Shown here in pieces: positions 1-10,050 of a stretch of 64,000 nucleotides of DNA (the stretch's first letter is position 1; each line of letters begins with the position of its first letter). A program made the translations under genes and the position numbers. The notes under the pieces are model-generated. The model ran no database searches, was not told where the DNA came from, and worked only from the letters and a program-made list of their open reading frames with translations. The DNA lies in contig CBDHGI010000006.1 in assembly GCA_965263075.1 (NCBI GenBank), forward strand, positions 2,790,101-2,854,100, in the 5' to 3' direction. The stretch comes from Chloroflexota bacterium (GTDB taxonomy: Bacteria; Chloroflexota; UBA11872).

Positions 1-372
1 GTCCGCCGCAGCTCCGGGCCAAGCATGCGGTCGAGTTCATCGTCGCGCGTGGGTCGATGCAGGCCGGTGGCCACAAGCACATCGATTCTGGCGGCAGCCT
101 CGCCGCCGAGTTCGGCCAGTAGCGCTTCGAGCATGAGGCGGTTCGGCGCGGGCCGAGTGCTGTCGCTCATGACGACCACGATCGAACTGTCTGGAGGAAC
201 CAGGTCAGCCAACGGCGGACTGCCGATGGGGCGGCGCAGGGCCTCGCGCAGCGCCTGATCCGGACTGGCAACTCGCGGCGGGTCGCGCGGCTCAATGACG
301 TCCGCGTCCATGTCCAGGTCGACCGGCAGGACGCCGTCGCCGTAGGCCAGATCTACGCGCATGCCAGAGAAC
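1..372 (-). CDS. Lactate racemase-like (LarA/DUF2088) protein, N-terminal part only; gene runs off the window start
   Basis: Reverse-strand translation from the ATG at 372..370 gives MRVDLAYGDGVLPVDLDMD...VVVMSDSTRPAPN...VLVATGLHRPT, matching the DUF2088/LarA N-terminal domain motifs (ITRP, ATGLHRP). No stop codon before position 1. Confidence 0.6.
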
Positions 373-539
373 TCCCGAAAGTCTCGTTTGAGTCTAGGCC
401 AGCGGGCGGGTTTTGCCGGGTTCTCGTGTTAACATAACGGTTCCCATCCGCTCGGTGAGCGTGGCGGGGCGCGCTCGAAAGCAAGCAGTGCGCGATCCGT
501 CGCCAGGGAGTACGACGTTCGAATGCTTGTTACTCACCC

Positions 540-1442
540 GTGCCACTGATGCGCGTCACCGTGGACGATTTCGTCCAGCACCTGAAAATCGAGCGCGGCC
601 TTTCCAAGAACACGCTGGCTGCGTACCGGAGTGACCTGCGGCAGTTTGAGACGTTCGTGCGCAAGGCCGGGCACAGCGGCTGGGACGTTCCGGCGCGCGT
701 TGTGCGCGAGTTCATGACCGACCTGGTTCAGCGCGAGTACCGGCAGAGTTCGCGGGCGCGCAAGCTGGCGGCGGTTAAGGCTCTCTATCGCTACCTGCGA
801 TCGGTCGAAGCGGTCCCCGCCGATCCCACCGTTGGGCTGGACGGCGCCCGGGTTGCGCGGCGGCGTCCGCGAATCATTTCGACCGCGGAGGTCGAGCGCC
901 TGCTGGCAGAGGCGGCGGACGCCTCCACACCCGAGCGCATGCGTGACCGCGCGATGTTGGAAGCCCTGTACGCCACCGGGATGCGCGTGTCCGAACTGGT
1001 GGGGCTGGACGTGGACGACGTGGATTGCTGGGCGCGGGAGATTGTGCTGGGGCGGGACAGCGCCAGCGCGCGCACCGTGCCGCTGACCGAGCGGTCCGCG
1101 GAGGCGCTGCAGGCCTACCTGACCAACGGTCGCGAAAAGCTGCTTCGCCGGATCGACGAGCCGGCGGTGTTTCTGAACCATCGCGGCAACCGGCTGACCC
1201 GCCAGGGCTTCTGGCTGATCGTCAAGGCCTACGCGCGGCGCTCGAACATCCAGACGCCCATTACGCCGCATACCTTGCGGCACTCGTTCGCCGCGCATCG
1301 CTTGCAGGGCGACAGCAGCGTGCGCGAGGTCCAGAAGTTGCTGGGTCATGCCAGCCCGGCGACCACGCAGGTCTACGCCGAACTGGCGCGGGAGACTCGA
1401 TCCCAGGCGCCGGGCGGTTCGGGAGCCGGACGCCCGGCGTGA
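540..1442 (+). CDS. xerD: Tyrosine site-specific recombinase XerD/XerC family
   Basis: 300 aa. N-terminal SAM-like domain (GLSKNTLAAYRSDL) and catalytic C-terminal domain with HTLRHSFA...LLGH...TQVY (R-H-R-Y catalytic residues plausible). Confidence 0.85.
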   Translation: MPLMRVTVDDFVQHLKIERGLSKNTLAAYRSDLRQFETFVRKAGHSGWDVPARVVREFMTDLVQREYRQSSRARKLAAVKALYRYLRSVEAVPADPTVGLDGARVARRRPRIISTAEVERLLAEAADASTPERMRDRAMLEALYATGMRVSELVGLDVDDVDCWAREIVLGRDSASARTVPLTERSAEALQAYLTNGREKLLRRIDEPAVFLNHRGNRLTRQGFWLIVKAYARRSNIQTPITPHTLRHSFAAHRLQGDSSVREVQKLLGHASPATTQVYAELARETRSQAPGGSGAGRPA

Positions 1443-2266
1443 CCGAAGCCGCTCGCGGCGCCCAGGTTCTGCGTGCGGCCGCCGGCGGCAATCCGCCTCG
1501 CTGGGCGGTTGTCAGCGGCAGCGGCTTGTCGGGGCTTGCGGATGCCTTCGAGGTGCGCCGGACCCTGGACTACGACGAGGTGCCCGGGTTGCCCATGGCT
1601 ACGGTTGTGGGGCATCCGGGCCGCCTGCGTCTGGCGGCCGCGGGCGGCGTTCCGGTGTGGGTATGTCAGGGTCGTCCGCACTTTTACGAGCACGGCGACA
1701 TGCAGCCGATCGCCACGTTCGTTCGGGTGCTGCTGGATGCGGGCGTCACGCACCTGCTGCTGACAAATGCGGCCGGCGCGCTCAACCTGGATTACCGGCC
1801 GGGCGGCGTGATGGTGATATCCGACCACTTGTTCTTGCCCGGACTGGCGGGCCACCACCCGTTGCTTGGGCCGAACGATCCGCGCGGCGAGCGGTTTCCC
1901 ACGCTGGCTGGCGCCTACGACCCGGCGCTGCGCGCCGCCCTGTGCAGGACGCTGGCGCAGGCCGGTCTGACCGTGCGCGAGGGGGTCTACGCCATGGTTG
2001 CCGGTCCGTCGTACGAGACGCCGGCGGAAACGGCGCTGCTGCGTCAGCTGGGGGCCGACGCGGTGGGGATGTCCACGGCGCCTGAAGCGGTGGTCGCGCG
2101 CCACGCCGGGGCAACCGTGGCGGCCGTGGCAACGATCACGAACGTGGCCGGGACCGCCGAGGTGGCGGACGAGGGCCATACGGCGGTGGTGGATGCGGCG
2201 TCCGCTGCGGCGCCACGGGTGGGCGCGGCTCTGGCGGCGGTTGTGGCGAGCCTCGGCTCGGGCTAG
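1439..2266 (+). CDS. Purine nucleoside phosphorylase (PNP/MTAP family)
   Basis: GTG at 1439 overlaps the xerD stop. Product is about 275 aa with VVSGSGLSGLA...LLLTNAAGALN...GMSTAPEAVVARHAG, typical of trimeric PNP. The N-terminal part of the 1025..2266 ORF is an out-of-frame overlap with xerD and is discarded. Confidence 0.8.
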   Translation: MTEAARGAQVLRAAAGGNPPRWAVVSGSGLSGLADAFEVRRTLDYDEVPGLPMATVVGHPGRLRLAAAGGVPVWVCQGRPHFYEHGDMQPIATFVRVLLDAGVTHLLLTNAAGALNLDYRPGGVMVISDHLFLPGLAGHHPLLGPNDPRGERFPTLAGAYDPALRAALCRTLAQAGLTVREGVYAMVAGPSYETPAETALLRQLGADAVGMSTAPEAVVARHAGATVAAVATITNVAGTAEVADEGHTAVVDAASAAAPRVGAALAAVVASLGSG

Positions 2267-2967
2267 CTCACGCGCAGCCGCAGCAGGTGGCGCAGAAAGC
2301 GCACGCCCTCCAGCGTTGAAGCCTTGCTGGCGGCGCGCAAGCGCCGGTCAAACGTGTACGGCACGTCAACCACGCGGCGGGCATCGCTGCGGACCAGGAC
2401 TTCGAGCAGGATTTTGAAGCCAACTGGCTGCAGCGTTGCGCCGGCGAGGATCGCGCGTCGAAACGCGAAGAAGCCGCTGAGCGGGTCGGAGGTGCGCCGG
2501 GCCGCCGGCAGCATAACGCGAGCGACGCGCGAGGACTCGCGGCTGACCAGCCGCCGCAACGGTCCGCTGAGCCCCAATTCATGTCCTCCGGGCGCGTAGC
2601 GGCTGGCGACGGCAATCTCGGCGCCGGCGTCCAGCGCGGCGATGAGTTGGGGAACGATTCTGGGCGGGTGCTGCAGGTCGCCGTCCATCACGACCACCGT
2701 GTCCTCGGTCCGGTCATCCAGGGCTTCCACCACGGCGCACGCGAGCCCGCGCCGGGTTGGGCTGTGGTTCAGGCTGACGGTGGGGTTGGCGCGGGCCAGG
2801 TCATCGATCTCACGGGTGGTGCGGTCGGTGCTGTCGTCGGAAAACACGATGCGAAACGGCACGCTGCCAAGCGCGGCGGATACCTGCTCCACCAGCGGGC
2901 CAGGGTTTCCACGCTCGTTGAATGTGGGCACGATCACGGCGATCGTGGGCGCGTTGTCAGGCGGCAT
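2263..2967 (-). CDS. Glycosyltransferase family 2, polyprenol/dolichol-phosphate mannose synthase-like
   Basis: Internal start MPPDNAPTIAVIVPTFNE. DxD-type motif region (VVMDGDLQHPP) and GT2 fold; resembles Ppm1/DPM1. Confidence 0.8.
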   Translation of the reverse strand: MPPDNAPTIAVIVPTFNERGNPGPLVEQVSAALGSVPFRIVFSDDSTDRTTREIDDLARANPTVSLNHSPTRRGLACAVVEALDDRTEDTVVVMDGDLQHPPRIVPQLIAALDAGAEIAVASRYAPGGHELGLSGPLRRLVSRESSRVARVMLPAARRTSDPLSGFFAFRRAILAGATLQPVGFKILLEVLVRSDARRVVDVPYTFDRRLRAASKASTLEGVRFLRHLLRLRVS

Positions 2968-3100
2968 GAGGAAGGCGCGGCGGCCAGCAGGCCGAGATCG
3001 CGGGCGAGCGTAGCATCGGCGTTGACACGGCAAAGACCGACCGTAAACTTAAAACGCGACCCACGCGGCGAGCCAGCGAATCCCCACACACGCCGTAGTC

Positions 3101-5569
3101 ATGGCTGGCGGCGAAGGCTCCCGGCTGCGACCTCTGACCATTGAGCGCCCCAAACCGATGGCGATGTTGGGCGACGCGCCGGTCATGGAGCACATCCTGC
3201 GGCTGCTGCGGGCGCACGGCTTCACCGACGTGATCGTGACGCTGCACTACCTGGGCTCGACGATCGAGGATTACTTCCAGTCGGGTGAGGATTTCGGGCT
3301 GCGGATCACCTACACCTACGAGGACGAGCCGCTGGGCACCGCCGGGAGCGTGGCGCTGGCGCGCGAGCAGTTGACCGAGCCCTTCCTCGTGATCTCAGGC
3401 GATGCGTTGACCGACGTGGATCTGACGGCCCTGGCTACCGCGCACGAGGCCTGCGGTTCCCAAGCCACGCTGCTCTTGGCCCGCGTTCCCAATCCGCTGG
3501 AATACGGCGTCGTGGTGACCGAGGACGATGGACGGATTGTGCGGTTCCAGGAAAAGCCGTCGTGGGGCGAGGTGCTGAGCGACGCCGCGAACACCGGCAT
3601 TTACATGCTGGATCCGGCCGTCTTCGATCTGATCCCCTCGGGGCAGGAAGTCGACTTCTCGTTGGATGTGTTTCCAGCCATGCTGGCTGGCGGACGACCC
3701 CTTTTCGGTCACGTTGCGGACGGCTACTGGACTGACATTGGCACGCTGGACGCCTATCGGGCGGCGAACGCCGATCTGGTGTCGGGCCGCGTGCGTACCT
3801 ACGGCGGTCCGACGTATCGCCCAGACGCTGCGACCGTGGATCCGACGGCTCGCGTCGATCCGACTGCGCAGATGCGAGGTCCGGTTTACGTGGGGCGCGG
3901 GAGCGAAGTCCACTCCCACGCGGTGATCAATGGTCCCGCGGTCATTGGGGACAACACCCTGATCGCCGAGCGCGCCGAAATCAGCAACGCCGTGATCAGC
4001 GGCAACGTGGTGGTCGGCGTCGGCGCCAAGCTGTACCAATGCATCGTGGGCCGCCACGCCAACCTGGGGCGTGGCGTGACTGTTCGTGAAGACGTTGTGA
4101 TTGGGGACCGCAGCACGTTGGCCAACGGTTCGTCGGTTCGACCGGGCGTGCGTATCTGGCCGCGCAAGTTCGTGGATGAAGGCGTGGTCGTGGACCGGAG
4201 CCTGATTCACGCCGCACAGGCCCGGCGCACGATTTTCACGCACGGGGGCGTGGCAGGGCTGGCGAATTTTGAACTTACACCCGAGTTCGCGGCGCGGCTC
4301 GGCGCCGCCTGGGGTAGCACCCTGCCTATCGGCTCGTCCATCGTGGCGAATCGCGACCAGACCCGACCCGCGCGCATGGTGAAGCGGGCGCTGATGGCGG
4401 GGCTGGCCTCGGTGGGCGTGCGCGTGATCGACATTGGGGCAACTCCGTTTCCGGTCGGACGGTTTTCGTGCGCGCGCTTTGAGGCCGAGGGCGCCGCGCA
4501 CGTGCGCACGTCGCCCTACGACGCGGCGGCGGTGGACGTGCGTTTCACCAATCCGCACGGCGTAGACATTCGGCCGACCGATCAGCGCAAGATCGAAGCC
4601 ACGTTCATGCGCGAGGACTTCCGCCGGGTCGGTTCAGATTCGATTGCCGAGATCACGGTGGCAGCCGCGGTGGAGGCATATCAGGACGCGCTGCTTCGTG
4701 TCGTGGCCAACTCCGAGGTAACGCACCGGCACGTGGGCGTTGTGGTGGATTACAGCGACGGAACCTGCGGCGAGACGCTACTGAGCGTGCTGACCCGTCT
4801 GGGCGTGCGCGACACCGCCGTGGACGCCTCGCCGGTCGACGTAGGGTCCGGCGGAGTGGCAATCGAAGAGCGCCTGCCCAGACTGGGGCGAATCGTCACG
4901 GCCGTGGGGGCAACGTTCGGTGCGGTCGTGGGCCCGGATGGCAACCGCATCTGGCTGGTGGATGAGCAGGGAAGTCCGATCGACAGCCTGACGGTCATTG
5001 CCCTGGTGCTGGACGGGCTGCGGGCGCGCGGAATCGTCGGTCCGCTGGCCGTGCCGTTCACCGTGCCCAACAGCCTGACGGCCTATGCAAGCGGCCTCGG
5101 CTTTACGCCCATCCGTACGCAGGCGAACGTGGCGAACATGATGCAGGTGAGCGACCGCGAGCAAGCGGTGGTGGCGGCGAACGGCCGCAATGCCCTGGCG
5201 TTTCCGACTTTGCACCCGGGACCGGACGCCATGGCGACGCTGGTACACCTGATCAGCGCGCAGGCGGTGAACGAATTGTCGCTTTCGGCCCGCGTGAGCT
5301 CGCTGCCGGCGTTCACGCTGGCGCAGCGCGAGGTCTCGGTGGCCTGGGAGCGACGAGCGCAGCTCATGCGTGTGCTCAACTCACATCCCGACCGCAGCGA
5401 CGAGGGCGAGATCGACGGAGTCGTCTTCGGCGGCGGCAGCACACGGGCGGTGGTGGTGCCCGACGACGACCGGCCCGTGTTCCGCGTGATGGCTGAGGGC
5501 GAGGGGCCGGTTGCCGCCGCGTCGCTGGCCGACGAGATCGAGCACCTGATCGCAAGCGCCGCCCAGTGA
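3101..5569 (+). CDS. Bifunctional mannose-1-phosphate guanylyltransferase / phosphomannomutase (fused ManC-ManB)
   Basis: 822 aa. N-terminal NTP-transferase (MAGGEGSRLRPLT...GTAGSV) is followed by left-handed beta-helix hexapeptide repeats. The C-terminus is a PGM/PMM alpha-D-phosphohexomutase domain. Confidence 0.85.
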   Translation: MAGGEGSRLRPLTIERPKPMAMLGDAPVMEHILRLLRAHGFTDVIVTLHYLGSTIEDYFQSGEDFGLRITYTYEDEPLGTAGSVALAREQLTEPFLVISGDALTDVDLTALATAHEACGSQATLLLARVPNPLEYGVVVTEDDGRIVRFQEKPSWGEVLSDAANTGIYMLDPAVFDLIPSGQEVDFSLDVFPAMLAGGRPLFGHVADGYWTDIGTLDAYRAANADLVSGRVRTYGGPTYRPDAATVDPTARVDPTAQMRGPVYVGRGSEVHSHAVINGPAVIGDNTLIAERAEISNAVISGNVVVGVGAKLYQCIVGRHANLGRGVTVREDVVIGDRSTLANGSSVRPGVRIWPRKFVDEGVVVDRSLIHAAQARRTIFTHGGVAGLANFELTPEFAARLGAAWGSTLPIGSSIVANRDQTRPARMVKRALMAGLASVGVRVIDIGATPFPVGRFSCARFEAEGAAHVRTSPYDAAAVDVRFTNPHGVDIRPTDQRKIEATFMREDFRRVGSDSIAEITVAAAVEAYQDALLRVVANSEVTHRHVGVVVDYSDGTCGETLLSVLTRLGVRDTAVDASPVDVGSGGVAIEERLPRLGRIVTAVGATFGAVVGPDGNRIWLVDEQGSPIDSLTVIALVLDGLRARGIVGPLAVPFTVPNSLTAYASGLGFTPIRTQANVANMMQVSDREQAVVAANGRNALAFPTLHPGPDAMATLVHLISAQAVNELSLSARVSSLPAFTLAQREVSVAWERRAQLMRVLNSHPDRSDEGEIDGVVFGGGSTRAVVVPDDDRPVFRVMAEGEGPVAAASLADEIEHLIASAAQ

Positions 5570-5904
5570 GCTCACGCTCGACCGCGCCGGCGCGGGTGAC
5601 CGCGGTGGGCATCCGCCGCGAAGGTGACGATGCGATGGGGATCGATTGGGCCGATGGCGCAACCACCGTGATCCCGCTGCGGGAGATTCGGCTGGCCTGC
5701 GGCTGCGCGGTCTGCCGCGACGAACTGACCGGATCGCCGCTGCTGAACCCGGCCACGATTCCAGCCGATATCCGCGCGCACCGAATTGCTCCGGTAGGGA
5801 ACTACGCGCTCACCTTTGACTGGAGCGACAGCCACAGCACGGGCATCTACCCGTGGGAGATGCTGCGAGCACTAGCCGACCGCACGTCCTCCACGACCGG
5901 CTAG
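5566..5904 (+). CDS. DUF971 domain protein
   Basis: 112 aa. The GTG start overlaps the upstream stop (GTGA). Conserved IDWADG...LREIRLACGCAVC pattern of DUF971. Confidence 0.65.
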   Translation: MSSRSTAPARVTAVGIRREGDDAMGIDWADGATTVIPLREIRLACGCAVCRDELTGSPLLNPATIPADIRAHRIAPVGNYALTFDWSDSHSTGIYPWEMLRALADRTSSTTG

Positions 5905-5940
5905 CAGGCAACTACTCGCCCGCTGGCGACCGACTTCAGG

Positions 5941-6768
5941 CTACTGATTCGCACTTTCGATGGTGCGCTCGTATCGCCGCTGCATTTCAGGTCCGCGCCA
6001 GTCCATGAACTCCTGTTCCACGGCGCGGGCGTTGTCCTCGGACGGTGGAAGCGGAATCTCAATGGTGGCCACCGAGATGCGGTCGGTTCCCCAGACATAG
6101 GCCGCCACCTCGCCCTTGCTGACGATGAGGTTCACGCCCACGTTGGCTTCCACCACCGGGACGCCGTTCTCACGTGCCCGCGCGATGACGGCCAGGTTCT
6201 GCTTGCGGCTGCGTGAGCCGTAGGAGGGAATCAGGATGACCTGAGCGCCGTCCATCACCTGGGCGCGGGCGATCAACGGATTCCAGCGGTCGTTGCAAAT
6301 CATGGTGCCCACGCGCGCCAACGGGGTATCGATGGCGTGCAAGTTGGGACCGAGGCGGTTGAAGTCCCAGTCGTCGGTGGCGCCTTCGGCGAGTTGCGTC
6401 TTGTAGTAGGTCCCGCAGTGTTCGCCGTCGGGTCCCAGGATGGCGGCGGCGTTGTAGACGCCGTCATCGCGTCGTTCGGCATAGCCGAAGCAGAGCACGA
6501 TGCTGAGTTCACGGGCCAGGTTCTTGAAGCGCTGGATGTAGGGACCGTCAGGCGGCTCGGCGATCTCCCACAGGTCGGCGCGAAGCTCCGGCTCGTGGAT
6601 GGCCTCCATGACCACGTAGCCCTCGAGAAAGCCCTCGGGGGCGACGACAAGCTCCGCGCCCTCCGCGGCTGCCCGGCGGACGTAGTCCTCCAACTTGTCG
6701 GCATTGGCGGGCTTGTCCCACTTCTTGGGCTTGATGGACAGCGCCGCCGCGCGAACTGATCGATACAT
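5941..6768 (-). CDS. Carbon-nitrogen hydrolase (nitrilase/amidase superfamily)
   Basis: Start MYRSVRAAAL. E-K-C catalytic triad context (VVAPEG..., ...KTQL..., TMICNDRWNP). Confidence 0.8.
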   Translation of the reverse strand: MYRSVRAAALSIKPKKWDKPANADKLEDYVRRAAAEGAELVVAPEGFLEGYVVMEAIHEPELRADLWEIAEPPDGPYIQRFKNLARELSIVLCFGYAERRDDGVYNAAAILGPDGEHCGTYYKTQLAEGATDDWDFNRLGPNLHAIDTPLARVGTMICNDRWNPLIARAQVMDGAQVILIPSYGSRSRKQNLAVIARARENGVPVVEANVGVNLIVSKGEVAAYVWGTDRISVATIEIPLPPSEDNARAVEQEFMDWRGPEMQRRYERTIESANQ

Positions 6769-6892
6769 GGCGTGGTCCTTTCGACCGCGAATCACCCGGC
6801 TCCGACGTCCTGACGCTGATTGCCCTGCCAACGGTTGTCAAACGTCTGTTCCGTCCCTGGCGGAGGCGGACACGTGCATTGCCTGGGGACGG

Positions 6893-7447
6893 TCAGCTTT
6901 CGGGGCGGTCGCGGGGGCCGAGCCAGATGTTTTCGGGGACGTTGACGTCGTGGTTCAGGGCGCGGGCGAGTTCGAAGAGGACGTCACTGAGGCGGTTGAG
7001 GAATACCGGGACGTGGGGGCTGACCGGGGCCAGGCCGGCCAGGCCAAAAACCTCGCGTTCGGCGCGGCGGCAGACGGCGCGGGCCAGGTTGACGCCGGCG
7101 GCGGCGGGCGTGCCGCCGGGCAGGATGAAGTGCTGGAGCGGGGGCAGGTCCGCCCGGTAGCGCTCCAGCCACTCGTCAAGCGTGGCGATGTCCGCCGGCG
7201 CGATGCGGTCGCCGCGGGCGCGGCGGCCGGGGTTGGCCAGGTCAGAGCCGAGAGCGAAGAGGCGGGTTTGCATCCAGGCCAGGCGGTCAAGGTGGTCGCC
7301 GGGCGGGCAGGCGCTCATCGCCACGCCGAGGGCCGAGTTGAACTCGTCAACGGCGCCGAGGGCGGCGATGCGGCCGTCCGTCTTGGACACACGCGCGCCG
7401 TCGAAGAGGCTGGTCTGGCCCTGGTCGCCATGGTGCTTGTGGGTCAT
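6893..7447 (-). CDS. ATP:cob(I)alamin adenosyltransferase, PduO-type
   Basis: Start MTHKHHGDQGQTSLFDGARVSKTD...LGAVDEFNSALG, the hallmark N-terminus of PduO-type adenosyltransferases. Confidence 0.8.
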   Translation of the reverse strand: MTHKHHGDQGQTSLFDGARVSKTDGRIAALGAVDEFNSALGVAMSACPPGDHLDRLAWMQTRLFALGSDLANPGRRARGDRIAPADIATLDEWLERYRADLPPLQHFILPGGTPAAAGVNLARAVCRRAEREVFGLAGLAPVSPHVPVFLNRLSDVLFELARALNHDVNVPENIWLGPRDRPES

Positions 7448-7504
7448 TGGCTTCCGCGGCCGGGCAGCCGAGGGGAATGGTTCATGTGACACATCGGCGC
7501 GGCG

Positions 7505-8977
7505 TCACGTGGGTCCGGTTGGGGCACGGAGAAACACACGGGCAGTGGCATCACCGCCGATGTCACTCCATTCGGAGTCGGGACGGGTCAGCCGACGAGC
7601 CAGAGGCGAGTCGGTCTCGATCACCAGAGCTTCGGTCTCGATTTCCGTGATTGTCTGGCGCCACTCGGGTCCGAGGCCTATCACCGTGAGGTAGTCCTCG
7701 AGCGCGTTTGGAACGAAGAGATCGAAGCGTCCGTCGATGAACACGAGCGCGTCCGGCCAAAGGGCCCAGGTGAGATACGCGCCCCAATGGTAGGTACTGA
7801 AGATTCGGGTAGCCCCAGTCTGCGCCACGAGGTCGCGGGCGGCGGCGGGCATGGGCACCACGGTGGGGCCGCTCAGCGTTCGCGGGCTGACGGCGACGGC
7901 CACGCCGATGGCCGCCGCGATTACTAGGGCGGCGGCGGCGCGAAGCGCCCAGATCGGCGGGCGCAGGCGGGGGACGGCGGTGAGCGCGAGCGGGCCGGCC
8001 AGCAGGAGCGGCGCCAGGACGGCGGCGAAGGGCATGACCTTGCGTGTGCTGTAGCCGGCGGCCAGCAGCACGGCCAGGAGGGCCAGGTCAACCAGCGTGA
8101 CGCGGCGATAGCGGACCAACAGCAGTACGGCTATTGACGCCAGGAAGATCGCGAACAACCACCAGGTCTCGCCGAAAGCCTCCGGCGGCCGCCAGTCGCT
8201 GACGAATCGACGGAACTCGCTGTCCCACAGAAAGAACGGCTGGGCGAGCACGCGCGGACCCGACGGATTGAGGGCAGGCGCGACGGTCGAAAGTACCGAG
8301 ACCACGGTGAACGTTCCCAGGCGTGTGCGGGGCCGTGGACCGACGAATGGCAGCGGTGCGCGCGCCCAGAGGGCCTCCAGGAATAGAGCGCCAAGTAGGG
8401 CGTAGCCGATGGGGAAGGAGGCGTGCACGTTGCCCCAGAACACGAACACGAGCGGCAACAGCCACACAACGCGCGAGCCGGTGCGGCGGTGGTGCAGCGC
8501 CAGAGACGCGGTGACGGCGGCGGCCAGCAGGCCGACGGCCAGCGGGCGGATGCCGGCGAACGGAAACAGAGGCAGGGAGGCGGCCACGAGCGCGACGACA
8601 CGCATCCAGGGGGCTACACCGTGGGCGGCCAGAACTCTCTCCAGCAGGCCCCAAATGAGGGCATAGACGGCGGCGGAGGCGAGGACTGCCGCGCCGACGC
8701 CTAGCTGGCTGACGAGCTGGAACATGGCCAGGGCGGGCAGCCACTCGTGCACCGTCCAGACCGCGTCTCCGGCGCTGAACGTGAAGGGATCTGGATATGG
8801 CAATGCGCCGCTGGTGGCGACGTAGCGCCCGTTGTTGAGGTGAACCCAGAGGTCGGCGTCCAGGGGCTGGGCGGCGGCCAGCGCGGCGATGGCCAGGATC
8901 GCGGCGGCCGGGGCTACGCCTATACCTCGACCAACGTTTGGGGAGGTTTGCTCGGCGGCCTGAAGCAGCGCAGGCAC
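7505..8977 (-). CDS. Polytopic membrane protein, possible GT-C fold glycosyl(mannosyl)transferase
   Basis: 490 aa with about 10 or more hydrophobic segments. An acidic DxD-like motif (PLDADLW) follows the first transmembrane segment, as in GT-C (ArnT/PMT-like) enzymes. Function inferred, not recognised by exact family. Confidence 0.5.
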   Translation of the reverse strand: MPALLQAAEQTSPNVGRGIGVAPAAAILAIAALAAAQPLDADLWVHLNNGRYVATSGALPYPDPFTFSAGDAVWTVHEWLPALAMFQLVSQLGVGAAVLASAAVYALIWGLLERVLAAHGVAPWMRVVALVAASLPLFPFAGIRPLAVGLLAAAVTASLALHHRRTGSRVVWLLPLVFVFWGNVHASFPIGYALLGALFLEALWARAPLPFVGPRPRTRLGTFTVVSVLSTVAPALNPSGPRVLAQPFFLWDSEFRRFVSDWRPPEAFGETWWLFAIFLASIAVLLLVRYRRVTLVDLALLAVLLAAGYSTRKVMPFAAVLAPLLLAGPLALTAVPRLRPPIWALRAAAALVIAAAIGVAVAVSPRTLSGPTVVPMPAAARDLVAQTGATRIFSTYHWGAYLTWALWPDALVFIDGRFDLFVPNALEDYLTVIGLGPEWRQTITEIETEALVIETDSPLARRLTRPDSEWSDIGGDATARVFLRAPTGPT

Positions 8978-8989
8978 GGCACTCGAATC

Positions 8990-10036
8990 CTAGCGAGTAG
9001 TCGGCAGATTTCGCCGGAAGAATTCGGCGCTGCTGCGGACGACGGTCTGGGCGCTGGCGTTGAGGAGATGGCCGACGCCCGGATAGAGGTAGTGGTTGCT
9101 GGCGACACCGGCTTGTTGCAAGCCGGCGTGAAGTTTGGCGGCCCACGCCGGGTTGACCGCACGATCCTCCGCGCCCTGGTGAATGTCCACCGGGCCGATG
9201 AGTCCCTCAAGATAGTTGCCGGCGGACAGGGCGGCCCGCAGTTGGTCGCTTGAGCTGGAGGTTGGGACGCGGTAGTAGTCGGAGATGTCGTCGATCCAGA
9301 CGCTGAGTGGCGCCCAGACGGCTATCGGGCCAATCGAGGGGTCCACGACGCCGGCTCGGATTGCCAGTTCGCCGCCGAGGCTATGCCCCCACACACCGAT
9401 GCGACCCGGCTGAGCTTCGGGGAACTCTCGCGCCGCGGACGCCAGGTTCAATACGTCGATCACGAATTCCAGCCGAGCGCCCAGGTTGAATTGCGTGTCG
9501 TCTTGCGAACCGCCGAGCCCGCGATAGTCCGTTGCGAGCGTCACAATGCCGCGCCGGGACAGGGCGTCGGCCATGACGCGCGTGCCCACGCCGGTCGCGT
9601 ACTGATTTGGCAGCACGTAGCCGTGATTCAGCAGAACGACCGGAAAGGGTCCCTGGCCGGCTGGGATGGTGGCCATGCCCGTGACATGCAGATCGTCGGA
9701 GGTGTAGCTCATCTCGTACGACGTGTAGTCGTCGCGGCGCGCCGCCACCTTATGCAGGCGAATCTCGGATGGCGGAAAACGCCGCGCTCGCAGCGCGGGA
9801 ATCGAGAGCGGCGACCCGCCGGGACTGCGGGCGTTTGGTCGTCCCACCAGGTTCCAGACGTCACAGGCGCCGAGGGTCAGCGCGGCGGCGCCGGTTGTGA
9901 GTAGTGGGAGTAGTCGGCGGCGTGGTAGCTGCAGACCCACGCCCAGCCCTCTTCGAGCCGAAGTGGTGAAGGACGGGCGGGGCGCTGGCGGTTGCATGGG
10001 TGGGGCTGTCTCCGACGTGTGTGGTGTTGCCGCCAA
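8990..10036 (-). CDS. Secreted/lipoprotein alpha/beta hydrolase (S9 / dienelactone-hydrolase-like)
   Basis: Signal or lipobox-like N-terminus (LTLGACD). GHSLGG nucleophile-elbow motif and a C-terminal His region. The true start may be an internal Met. Confidence 0.75.
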   Translation of the reverse strand: MAATPHTSETAPPMQPPAPRPSFTTSARRGLGVGLQLPRRRLLPLLTTGAAALTLGACDVWNLVGRPNARSPGGSPLSIPALRARRFPPSEIRLHKVAARRDDYTSYEMSYTSDDLHVTGMATIPAGQGPFPVVLLNHGYVLPNQYATGVGTRVMADALSRRGIVTLATDYRGLGGSQDDTQFNLGARLEFVIDVLNLASAAREFPEAQPGRIGVWGHSLGGELAIRAGVVDPSIGPIAVWAPLSVWIDDISDYYRVPTSSSSDQLRAALSAGNYLEGLIGPVDIHQGAEDRAVNPAWAAKLHAGLQQAGVASNHYLYPGVGHLLNASAQTVVRSSAEFFRRNLPTTR

Positions 10037-10050
10037 CGGCTGCCGTCGTG

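Noticed and set aside
534-1349. 271-aa ORF on the minus strand
   Set aside because: It is entirely antisense to the well-supported xerD gene. It has an Arg/Pro/Gly-rich composition typical of GC-rich antisense frames.
1025-1438. N-terminal 138 codons of the 1025..2266 ORF
   Set aside because: This part overlaps xerD in another frame and has no PNP homology. The PNP gene starts at GTG 1439.
3395-4558. 387-aa minus-strand ORF
   Set aside because: It is antisense to the ManC/ManB fusion gene and has low-complexity composition.
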